In this document: in pieces, positions 15,908-23,247 of the stretch
Numbering within the stretch: position 1 is the stretch's first letter
How the letters are laid out: every line of letters begins with the position of its first letter
Assembly: GCA_963668345.2 (NCBI GenBank)
Contig: CAXWPI010000003.1
Span: 796,930 to 820,929, forward strand
Source: Bryobacterales bacterium
GTDB lineage: Bacteria > Acidobacteriota > Terriglobia > Bryobacterales > UBA6623
Length of the DNA: 24,000 nucleotides
Direction of reading: 5' to 3'
Notes under the pieces: model-generated
What the model was told of the DNA's origin: nothing
What the model saw: the letters and a program-made list of their open reading frames with translations, nothing else
Databases searched by the model: none
Translations under genes and position numbers: made by a program

Positions 15908-16199
15908 GTGAAAAAATCGGGGACTGTCACAAGCGGCGTCCTAGCCCGCTTTTCTCACCACGTGGCGAGGCGAAGTGCGTGAGAAGCCCGTCAGTACAAG
16001 GCGCGCGCCGCTCGGCGCCCCGTTTCTTGAATAATGCGGGCGTACTTGAACCCTACGTTGAGCACGGCGAGCAAGCGCAACGCAGTAATGGCGGGCTTAT
16101 CGCGTGCTTCGACCGTCAGGTGGTGAGAAATGCGGGCTAGAAGGCACGTTGAATCAGCGGCATCTTCAGCTGCGGTTGACTGTCCCCAGAATTTTTCAC
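15908..16199. repeat. GGGGACTGTC-family palindromic element, copy 2, with the 200-bp element sitting between its arms
   Basis: The arms are GTGAAAAAATCGGGGACTGTCACAAGCGG (15908..15936) and GCGGTTGACTGTCCCCAGAATTTTTCAC (16172..16199). Confidence 0.6.
15941..16140 (+). mobile_element. 200-bp MITE-like element, copy A
   Basis: It starts CTAGCCCGCTTTTCTCACCAC and ends GTGGTGAGAAATGCGGGCTAG (22/23 inverted repeat, extending imperfectly to about 55 bp). A second copy, also exactly 200 bp, lies in inverted orientation at 21759..21958. Confidence 0.55.
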
Positions 16200-16306
16200 A
16201 ACTTGCTGGGCGCGGCGGAAGATTCTGTCGAGTCAGTCGGATCCCTCGGCGGGCGCTTTATGGAAACACACCGGTTGCGTAGAGCAGCGGCGGGGAGGAG
16301 AACGCA

Positions 16307-17299
16307 ATGAGTCGACCCGTGACGTTGGTGACCGGGCAGTGGGCGGACTTGCCTCTTACCGTGCTGGCCGAGAAAGCGGCGAGTTGGGGCTACGACGGGC
16401 TCGAGCTGGCTTGCTGGGGAGATCATTTGAACGTCCGCCGGGCCGCCAGGGACCGTCGCTATTGCGAGAAACAGAAGGGGATTCTGGAAGAGCACAACCT
16501 GCAACTGTTCGCCATCGGCGCACATCTGATAGGCCAGTCGGTCTGCGATCCCAATAACGATGTCCGCTCGGATGCGCTGGTTCCGGCCGATTGCAAGGGC
16601 AAAGCCGGCAAGAAGCGCGCCTGGGCGGTAGAAACGATGAAAGCGGCGGCGAGGGCCGCCAAGAAACTGGGCATCGATGTAGTAACGGGCTTTACGGGCT
16701 CCTCCATTTGGCATCTCGTCTACGATTTCCCTCCCACACCGCCCCAGATGATCGACAAGGGTTACGAATACTTTGCCAAGATGTGGAATCCGATCCTCGA
16801 CGTCTTCGATCAGTGCGGTGTTCGGTTCGCGCTGGAACCTCACCCGACCGAAATCGCTTATGACATCGAGACGGCTCACCGCGCGCTCGAAGCAGTCAAC
16901 CATCGGGACGCGTTCGGCTTTAACTTCGATCCCAGCCATTTGCAGTGGCAGATGGTCGATCCGGTCGAGTTTTTGGCGGAGTTCAAGGACCGCATCTACC
17001 ACGTCCACATGAAAGACGCCGTGGTGCGGCTCAACGGCCGCACCAGCATCCTGAACTCGCACCTGCCCTGGGGACATCGAAAACGCGGCTGGGACTTCCG
17101 CTCGCTGGGGCACGGGGACGTGAACTTCGAAGAAATTATGCGCGAGCTCAACGACATCGGCTACGAGGGCCCGCTCTCGGTCGAATGGGAAGACACCGGG
17201 ATGGACCGGGAACACGGCGCCCAAGAAGCATGCGAGTTTGTAAGGAACGTCGACTTCCAGGCCTCGAGCGTTGACTTCGACGCGGCGTTCGAGGAATAA
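16307..17299 (+). CDS. sugar phosphate isomerase/epimerase (xylose-isomerase-like TIM barrel)
   Basis: GGAGGAG lies upstream of the ATG. Motifs are [30 protein letters not shown] and HVHMKD, with the typical family length of 330 aa. Confidence 0.9.
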   Translation: MSRPVTLVTGQWADLPLTVLAEKAASWGYDGLELACWGDHLNVRRAARDRRYCEKQKGILEEHNLQLFAIGAHLIGQSVCDPNNDVRSDALVPADCKGKAGKKRAWAVETMKAAARAAKKLGIDVVTGFTGSSIWHLVYDFPPTPPQMIDKGYEYFAKMWNPILDVFDQCGVRFALEPHPTEIAYDIETAHRALEAVNHRDAFGFNFDPSHLQWQMVDPVEFLAEFKDRIYHVHMKDAVVRLNGRTSILNSHLPWGHRKRGWDFRSLGHGDVNFEEIMRELNDIGYEGPLSVEWEDTGMDREHGAQEACEFVRNVDFQASSVDFDAAFEE

Positions 17300-17715
17300 G
17301 ATGAAATCCCCCGCGACCTGGTAGGAACCCCTATTATGCGACTGTGACCACCGCTGTGGCCGTCGTGGCCGGCGTGTTGGGATCCGTCTATAGCAGGAAA
17401 TCGCCCTTGCCTTTCCCTGATCGTAGGGGCCTTATGAGGAGATTTCGCCGCGGGCAGTCCCGTTTTAGTGCTCACTATTGGTCTTCGCGCTGCTTTTCTT
17501 TGGCCGCCAGATGCACGAGGAGCCGCCAGACGCGAGTTGATCGTGGGTACGGATACCATCCAAAAACAGATTCAGACTCTACCTCCGAAGGGGTTTCCGT
17601 GGCTCTTTGCTGTAACGGACAGTCCCCGGTTTTATGCTCACGTGGACCGCGGACTTCCGTCCGCGGCTCTGCGACTCTTTGCTGTAACTTTGCTTGCCCC
17701 TGCTAGTGACGACGG

Positions 17716-17743
17716 TTGACAGCCGCTCAACCCGAGGTATACG
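17716..17743 (+). promoter_or_regulatory. candidate sigma70-type promoter for the riboswitch leader
   Basis: TTGACA (17716..17721), a 16-nt spacer, then TATACG (17738..17743), just upstream of the aptamer. This rests on the motif match only. Confidence 0.3.
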
Positions 17744-17749
17744 CTGGTA

Positions 17750-17970
17750 CCGTTGAGGCTGCGGTGAAGGTTGGCCGCCGCTTCGCCCGCTGCAGGTGCC
17801 CTTTGGGCATAACAGGGAAGTCCGGTGAGAAGCCGGCGCGGTCCCGCCACTGTATGTGGGAAGCAACCGGGAATAAGCCACGCGAACTCCGGTTCGGGGA
17901 AGGCTGAGGGTTGCGCTAAAGGTCGAGTCGGACCTTTTGAACCCACGAGCCAGGAGACCTACCTGCCAGC
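17750..17970 (+). promoter_or_regulatory. cobalamin (B12) riboswitch aptamer
   Basis: GGTGCC...AACAGGGAAGTCCGGTGAGAAGCCGGCGCGGTCCCGCCACTGTA (B12 box) ... GAGCCAGGAGACCTACCTGCC. This matches the conserved cobalamin riboswitch core, upstream of a TonB-dependent receptor. Confidence 0.85.
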
Positions 17971-18031
17971 GGGAGAGATTCAGTTTCCGCGAGGGACGGA
18001 ATGGTCTGGCCACAGTTCGATAGAGCGAAAG

Positions 18032-18065
18032 TCCCTCACCTCCACCTGGGAGTGAGGGATTTTTT
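18032..18065 (+). terminator. intrinsic terminator (riboswitch expression platform)
   Basis: Stem TCCCTCAC (18032..18039) / GTGAGGGA (18052..18059), followed by TTTTTT (18060..18065). An upstream GAGGGAC (17991..17997) can alternatively pair with GTCCCTC (18031..18037). Confidence 0.65.
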
Positions 18066-18298
18066 GTGCCCCTAGTTCCTGCGACGCGGATCGGCGACCG
18101 GGATCGTCGAACGCCGATGATCCGCGGTCCTGCTCGTCGCCGTCGGCGGGCTTCTCCACCTGGATTTCCCGCCGCCGGTCCGGACCACTCATCTGGTTGT
18201 TGCGCTCTTTGTCGCGCAGGCATTCGCTGCGCCGGACGCGCGCTCCAAAACAGCCTGTCGCCTGATCGCTCCCTTTCTTCGCATCAGAGGGTTAAAGA

Positions 18299-20731
18299 AT
18301 GAGACAGTTCATTGCGCTTTTTGCGCTCGTGTTTTTCGGTTGCATCATGCCGGGGGCGGCCCAGGACTCGGGTGGCATCGGCGGATTGATAACGGACCCG
18401 TCGGGCGCAGCAATACCGAACGCCGTCGTCACACTGTTTGCGAGAGACAACAGCCTGCGATTTACAACCCGTACAAACCGGCGAGGGGAATATCAATTCG
18501 CCTCCGTAGCGCCCGGGGAATATTTAATGGAGGTGGAGGCTCGCCATTTCGCGCCGGCGGCCGCCGAATCGGTTCGAGTTCGTCGAGGTGCGGCGTCCAC
18601 CCTGGACATCCAAGTAAAGCTGGCCAGGGTGCGAACAAAGGTCGTGGTCACATCGTCAAGCACGGCGCGTACCGTGGAGGAGGTCTCCAAGGCCCTTGAT
18701 ACGATAGACGCGGAACAGATTGAAAGGCGCGCCGACTTTTCCTTGGCCGAGGCTTTGCGAGGCGTGCCCGGTCTGCGCGTGCAGCAGCAGCGTGGTCCCG
18801 GAAGTCTGACGACGATCCAGATTCGGGGGCTTCGATCACAGGACACCGCTGTTCTGCTCAACGGGGTCCGCCTGCGTCATGCGGCTGACCTCCAAGGGTC
18901 CGCCACCCCACTGATGCAGGATTTGATGGATGTGAATACGGAGCGGATCGAAATCCTGCGGGGATCAGGTTCGTCGCTATACGGTTCAAACGCGATGGGC
19001 GGTGTCGTCAACATCGTGACGGACCGAGGCGGCGGCCCTCCTCACGGCCAATTGCTGGCCGAAGGCGGAGGACTCGGGTTACTCCGGGGGCGCGCCAGGG
19101 TCGGGGGAGGAGCGCTTGACCAACGCCTGAGCTATAGCGGCGGCATCGCCCATCTGAACGTTCGCGACGGGATCGACGGATCCGACACCTTCCGAAACAG
19201 CAGTGGGCATGCCTTCGTCGGCTACCACTTCACACCGTCGTTGTCGCTGGGTGGGCACGTTCTTGCCGCCGACGGCTTCGTGCAACTCAATGACAATCCC
19301 TTTGTCCCTTTTGACGCCACAGGGAACCTGCCGCTGTCGGGCGCCATCCGAGCCACTCCTTTGGCTACGGAAGAACAGGGAAAGCTCGGAGCCGGCGAGG
19401 CGTTTGACGTCGGCCGTGCCAATTTCGCCTCCGACCCTAACGATCCCGATTTCCGGAGCTCCACTTCGTACTTCGTGGGCGCTGTGAATCTGTCGCAAAG
19501 GATCAGCGAATGGGCTTCCTATCGGCTCAGCTATCAAGGTGTTATCTCAGGCCAGAACTTCCAGGATGGGCCCGGCGGAGTTCGATTCGAACCCCCGTTT
19601 AACAACTCGAGCAGCTTCGACGGACGCATTGACACGGTCCAGGCGCGGACGGACCTGACGCTTGGCCGACACAACCTCTTCTCCCTGGGATACGAATTTG
19701 AACGCGAGCGCTACGACAGCCCGACGCGGGACGAGAATCCCAATCCGGAGCAACGCGTCGACGTGCGTCTCGAGATCGAGCAGCGCAGCCATGGCGTTTT
19801 CTTCCAGGACCAGTTGAGGCTGCGCGACTCCCGCCTGCAGATTTCGCTCTCCGGACGTGTCCAAGGCTTTGGTCTCACAGAACCACAATTCAGCGGGGGA
19901 CCCTCACCCTACGCCGGTATCGCTTTTGAAGATCCGAAGTCAGCCTACACGGGGGACGGGGCGGTTTCCTATTTTTTTGCCGGTTCGGGAACGAAGCTCC
20001 GCGCCCACGTCGGGAACGCCTACCGGGCACCGTCGTTGTTCGAGCGCTTTGGTTCGTCGTTCTTTCTTGGCTCTTTCAGCCCGTTTGGCGATCCTACCCT
20101 TCGACCCGAACGGACGATCGCCTTCGACGCGGGAGTGGACCAGTGGCTGGCTCGGGATCGCCTAAAAGTCAGCGCGACGTACTTCTATACGGGCTTGCAG
20201 GAAATCATCTTTTTCGATGTCGGCAGTGGGATCGATTTTACGACCGATCCGTTCGGCCGCTTCATCGGCTACCGCAATACGGGCGGCGGCCTGGCCCGCG
20301 GCGTCGAAGTCAGCGTGGATGCCGGGCCCACGCCGCAGTTGGATTTGACGGCTTCCTACACCTACACGAATTCCGATCAACGAACTTCGCCGGTCGCGGG
20401 AGGGGACTTCTTCAAGACCTTCGGCATTTCAGACCACATGTTTACGCTCACGGCGGCGCAACGTATCGGCCGGCGCCTGAGCCTGGTGTTCGACCTTTTC
20501 GCCGTTAGCGAGTACGCGGCACCGTTGTTCACGGCAGGTGGAACTCGCGCCTTCCTGTTCGACGGGCCGGTCAAAGCGGACCTTGTCGTCAGCTACAGGG
20601 TCCCCGTGTCGGCAAGCAAGAGTTTGCGCCTGTACGGAAAGGTTGAGAACGTTTTTGACCGCACCTATTTCGAGGACGGTTTTCGCACGCCGGGCGCGTG
20701 GGGAATCGTTGGCTTGGCTTTTGGTTTTTAG
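18299..20731 (+). CDS. TonB-dependent receptor with N-terminal carboxypeptidase-regulatory-like domain (BtuB-like by context)
   Basis: Signal peptide MRQFIALFALVFFGCIMPGAAQ. A CarboxypepD_reg-like segment (AIPNAVVTL...GEYQFASVAPGEYLMEV). Plug-domain motifs (IRGLRS, IEILRGSGSSLYGSNAMGGVVNIVT). A long beta-barrel ending in a C-terminal F (GLAFGF*). Confidence 0.9.
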   Translation: MRQFIALFALVFFGCIMPGAAQDSGGIGGLITDPSGAAIPNAVVTLFARDNSLRFTTRTNRRGEYQFASVAPGEYLMEVEARHFAPAAAESVRVRRGAASTLDIQVKLARVRTKVVVTSSSTARTVEEVSKALDTIDAEQIERRADFSLAEALRGVPGLRVQQQRGPGSLTTIQIRGLRSQDTAVLLNGVRLRHAADLQGSATPLMQDLMDVNTERIEILRGSGSSLYGSNAMGGVVNIVTDRGGGPPHGQLLAEGGGLGLLRGRARVGGGALDQRLSYSGGIAHLNVRDGIDGSDTFRNSSGHAFVGYHFTPSLSLGGHVLAADGFVQLNDNPFVPFDATGNLPLSGAIRATPLATEEQGKLGAGEAFDVGRANFASDPNDPDFRSSTSYFVGAVNLSQRISEWASYRLSYQGVISGQNFQDGPGGVRFEPPFNNSSSFDGRIDTVQARTDLTLGRHNLFSLGYEFERERYDSPTRDENPNPEQRVDVRLEIEQRSHGVFFQDQLRLRDSRLQISLSGRVQGFGLTEPQFSGGPSPYAGIAFEDPKSAYTGDGAVSYFFAGSGTKLRAHVGNAYRAPSLFERFGSSFFLGSFSPFGDPTLRPERTIAFDAGVDQWLARDRLKVSATYFYTGLQEIIFFDVGSGIDFTTDPFGRFIGYRNTGGGLARGVEVSVDAGPTPQLDLTASYTYTNSDQRTSPVAGGDFFKTFGISDHMFTLTAAQRIGRRLSLVFDLFAVSEYAAPLFTAGGTRAFLFDGPVKADLVVSYRVPVSASKSLRLYGKVENVFDRTYFEDGFRTPGAWGIVGLAFGF

Positions 20732-20734
20732 CCC
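20716..20734. repeat. 19-bp direct repeat GGCTTTTGGTTTTTAGCCC (copy 1, includes the receptor stop codon)
   Basis: Identical to 21079..21097. Similarity continues imperfectly for a further ~18 bp on the right. Confidence 0.75.
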
Positions 20735-20757
20735 CTTCTAGCCCCATACTCGTTAGT

Positions 20758-20912
20758 TACTTTCCGGCGCAAAATACGCGTAGCGCTCGGGGCGGGGACT
20801 GTCACCAATTTCGCGCATTCAAAGAATCAACAACTTACGGGCGCATTCGGACGCGAAATTGGCTGACTGTACCCAGCCACCACGCAGTTTCTCCTCTTTG
20901 CGCCGGAAAGTA
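20758..20912. repeat. composite palindromic element, GGGGACTGTC family, copy 3
   Basis: The outer arms are a perfect 16-bp pair: TACTTTCCGGCGCAAA (20758..20773) and TTTGCGCCGGAAAGTA (20897..20912). The inner arms are GGGGACTGTCACCAATTTCGCG (20794..20815) and CGCGAAATTGGCTGACTGTACCC (20852..20874). Confidence 0.7.
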
Positions 20913-20926
20913 GTTAGGGCCGGTCC

Positions 20927-21023
20927 AGCCCCGGCAGGGGCGCAGGATAGTAGCCCACGGTGCAGCCGTAAGGCGGAACCGTGGGTGCAATGGTTGACTC
21001 GGCAAAGCCCCGGCAGGGGCGCA
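20927..21023. repeat. two copies of AGCCCCGGCAGGGGCGCA flanking a hairpin
   Basis: The copies are at 20927..20944 and 21006..21023. Each contains the mini-hairpin GCCCC-GGCA-GGGGC. Between them lies CCCACGGT...ACCGTGGG (20954..20985). Confidence 0.6.
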
Positions 21024-21078
21024 AGAAAACGCGGGAGCTGCCCCGCTCAACAATCCCGACAACAGATTTCCCCCAGCC

Positions 21079-21097
21079 GGCTTTTGGTTTTTAGCCC
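21079..21097. repeat. 19-bp direct repeat GGCTTTTGGTTTTTAGCCC (copy 2)
   Basis: Identical to 20716..20734. Confidence 0.75.
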
Positions 21098-21100
21098 TTT

Positions 21101-21126
21101 CCGGCCCGCATTTCTCGCCAGCGGCC
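21101..21126. repeat. solo terminal-repeat-like fragment of the 200-bp element
   Basis: CCGGCCCGCATTTCTCGCCAGCGGCC resembles the end of copy B, CTAGCCCGGATTTCTCGCCAGCTGAC (21759..). Confidence 0.35.
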
Positions 21127-21144
21127 GGCAGGAGCGGGCCCTGG

Positions 21145-21558
21145 TCAGAGCGGATAAGGTCCCGCTCGGGAGGTTCTTAATTGCCGGCCCCGGCCGCTGA
21201 ACATAACCACCCGAAAGCTGACCGCTCGGGGGACCTCGTCGCAGAGGAGATAAAACTCGATTTCGTCGCCTCTTTCGACCGCCTCTTCTTCGATGGTTTG
21301 GTTCAGAATGTTGAGCAGCGCCCCCGTGGAGTCGAAGAACTCGAGCTGCATGACTAAGCCGGGGATCGGCTTCTTGCGCCAGCCCGTCACTGATCCCTCA
21401 AACCGGATGCCACCCTCGTCAAAAGTAGGCTCGATCTCGGTGATCTCAACGGCGACCTTTTTCGGGGGCTTCTGCTGTGCCGCCGGCGCGGTGGTAGCCG
21501 CAACGAGAAGAGCAACGGTCAAAATTCTTATCGAAAATTCAAAAAACGAGAGCTTCAA
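21145..21558 (-). CDS. hypothetical small secreted protein (TTG start)
   Basis: 137 aa, with signal-peptide-like IRILTVALLVAATTAPAAQQ followed by a beta-rich-looking body. There is no ATG before codon ~70 and no clear SD. No family recognised. Confidence 0.45.
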   Translation of the reverse strand: MKLSFFEFSIRILTVALLVAATTAPAAQQKPPKKVAVEITEIEPTFDEGGIRFEGSVTGWRKKPIPGLVMQLEFFDSTGALLNILNQTIEEEAVERGDEIEFYLLCDEVPRAVSFRVVMFSGRGRQLRTSRAGPYPL

Positions 21559-21758
21559 AGCAGTGACCTGGCGGCGAACAGGTTAGTGCTTAGTTTCATG
21601 AGTTCACGATCGTTTGTAGGCCGACAATCCCCGGACCGCTCCCTCGCGGTCGCGGCTCAGAAGGCTCTGCGAACAAACCACCTCCGGGCCGGGTGGACGA
21701 TCGGTACAATGCATTAGAGAAAGGGTTTTTTAAATACACGAACTTTTGATACCAAGCA

Positions 21759-21958
21759 CTAGCCCGGATTTCTCGCCAGCTGACGGCCGCAGCACGCGAT
21801 AGGCCCGCCGTTACTTCGTTACGCTTGCTCGCCGTGCTCAACGTAGGCTTCAAGTACGCGCGCATTGTTCACGAAACTGGGCGCTGAGCAGCGCGCGTCT
21901 TGTACGGACGGGCCTCTCACGCACTTCGCCTCGCCACCGGGTGAGAAAAGCAGACTGG
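21759..21958 (-). mobile_element. 200-bp MITE-like element, copy B (inverted relative to copy A)
   Basis: The reverse complement aligns to 15941..16140 without gaps, with about 24 mismatches in 200 by hand count. Its terminal repeats are more degraded than in copy A. Confidence 0.55.
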
Positions 21959-22086
21959 GCGCCTTGGGAGAGGCAGACGAAAGACCCGTTACGACTGCCT
22001 ATAAGTGTAATTTCTATCCGCGGATGCGCGCAAGCCCGAGATGCAGCAGCCCGAGATGCGGGCTAAGCTGGCTGGTGGAAAGGCCA

Positions 22087-22122
22087 ACAAAAAACCTGCC
22101 CGACGTGTTGTGCTCTGGCAGG
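22087..22122 (-). terminator. possible intrinsic terminator downstream of modA
   Basis: On the minus strand: CCTGCC, a 16-nt loop, GGCAGG, then TTTTTTGTT. The stem is short and the loop long, so this is weak. Confidence 0.35.
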
Positions 22123-22142
22123 CCGTTACGCATCCTCCTCAT

Positions 22143-23009
22143 TCACTGGCCTCCCCTGCACGGTGGGTTCCGGTAGCCGAACCGGCGCAGCAGGGTTTGG
22201 CCGTCTTCTCCGACAACGAACTGCGTAAAGCGCCGGGCGTCGGCCGGTCGTGAAGATCCACGGACAATACCGAGCGCTTGATCGATCGGCCCGTGGAGTT
22301 GTTCGTCAACTTCGATTTGCCGGCCGACCCCCGCCTTGAGAACCGAAGAAGCGATGAAGGCGACGTCGGCGTTGCCTGATTCCGCGAATTGCCGCGCCAT
22401 CAAGACGTTTTGGGCGTAGACGAGCTTGGGCCGGACCTGATCCCACAGGCCGAGTGAACGAAGCGTTTCGACGGCGGCGCGCCCGTAGGGGGCGACTTCC
22501 GGCTTGGCCAGGGCGATGATTCGTATCTCGTCCCCGGCCAGGTCTTGCAACTTACTGGGGGACGCCTGGGCGCCGGGAGGCACCCAAACCACCAGCCGGC
22601 CACGAGCGTAAACGGCGCGGCTGTCCGCCAGTAGAAAGCCTTTCTCCACCAGCTTGTCCACGTGCTCGACATCGGCCGCGGCATAGACATCAAAAGGAGC
22701 TCCGTTTTCAATCTGGCGGGCCAGAAACGCCGTCGAGCCGAAACTGAACAGAACGCCGACGCCGGTCTGCTCCTCGAAAGCCGCGCCCAATTCATCGCAG
22801 ACAGCCGCCAGATTGGCTGCCGCGGCGACGCTGAGCGGTGCGGGAGAAGCGGCGGGCCCGTCCGTCCGGCAACTTCCGCACACGAGTAACGCCGCCACCA
22901 CCGCCACCCAACCCAACCGGAAACTCTCACCCGCGGACACGAGCGTCGCCTGCGTCCCGGCCCGGCGGGGAAGGATCGGTCGAACTCCCGGGTTGTGTCG
23001 CAGTTTCAT
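22143..23009 (-). CDS. modA: molybdate ABC transporter substrate-binding protein
   Basis: LSVAAAANL, VLFSFGSTAFLARQIENGAPFDVYAAAD, IALAKPEVAPYGRAAVETLRSLGLWDQV and GNADVAFIASS fit the ModA periplasmic-binding-protein pattern. The N-terminus is hydrophobic with Cys (VVAALLVCGSC). Confidence 0.85.
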   Translation of the reverse strand: MKLRHNPGVRPILPRRAGTQATLVSAGESFRLGWVAVVAALLVCGSCRTDGPAASPAPLSVAAAANLAAVCDELGAAFEEQTGVGVLFSFGSTAFLARQIENGAPFDVYAAADVEHVDKLVEKGFLLADSRAVYARGRLVVWVPPGAQASPSKLQDLAGDEIRIIALAKPEVAPYGRAAVETLRSLGLWDQVRPKLVYAQNVLMARQFAESGNADVAFIASSVLKAGVGRQIEVDEQLHGPIDQALGIVRGSSRPADARRFTQFVVGEDGQTLLRRFGYRNPPCRGGQ

Positions 23010-23247
23010 GACGAATGCTCTTGCCGGCGAGCCGTGGCGTCTCCCAATGTACCGCGTGCGCTACACTGCCCGAGCCACGCCGGGTGGCAAGCCTCATTCA
23101 GTTCTCGCCGCGTGTGGCCCACGAGTCGAACCGGTCCTTGGATGTGAAGATGCCAAAAAACGCTTTGAGACTTCCGGATTTGTAGGGCGCCGCTGCCATT
23201 GGATGATATGATGGCATTACGATTAGGCGAGTCCGAGGGAGGCCAAA

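Noticed and set aside
16033-16125. Short ORF MRAYL(N/K)PTLSTASKRN... shared by both copies of the 200-bp element (also the start of tracked ORF 21596..21865)
   Set aside because: The two copies differ mostly by amino-acid-changing substitutions, and in copy A the frame stops after about 30 codons. The conservation is better explained at the DNA-repeat level.
16196-17224. 342-aa ORF on the minus strand
   Set aside because: It lies entirely antisense to the well-supported sugar phosphate isomerase gene. It is a typical high-GC shadow ORF with no recognisable motifs.
17579-18223. 214-aa minus-strand ORF and other ORFs across 17.3-18.3 kb
   Set aside because: They run through the cobalamin riboswitch and its terminator. 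The translations are extremely Arg/Pro/Ser/Gly-rich, and the region is better explained as a non-coding leader.
15700-22000. Possibility that the intergenic repeats form a CRISPR array
   Set aside because: The repeats are inverted palindromes of different lengths at irregular spacing, on either side of genes. There is no direct-repeat/spacer periodicity.
22400-22930. 176-aa minus-strand ORF
   Set aside because: It is an alternative frame inside modA, and the modA frame carries the family motifs.
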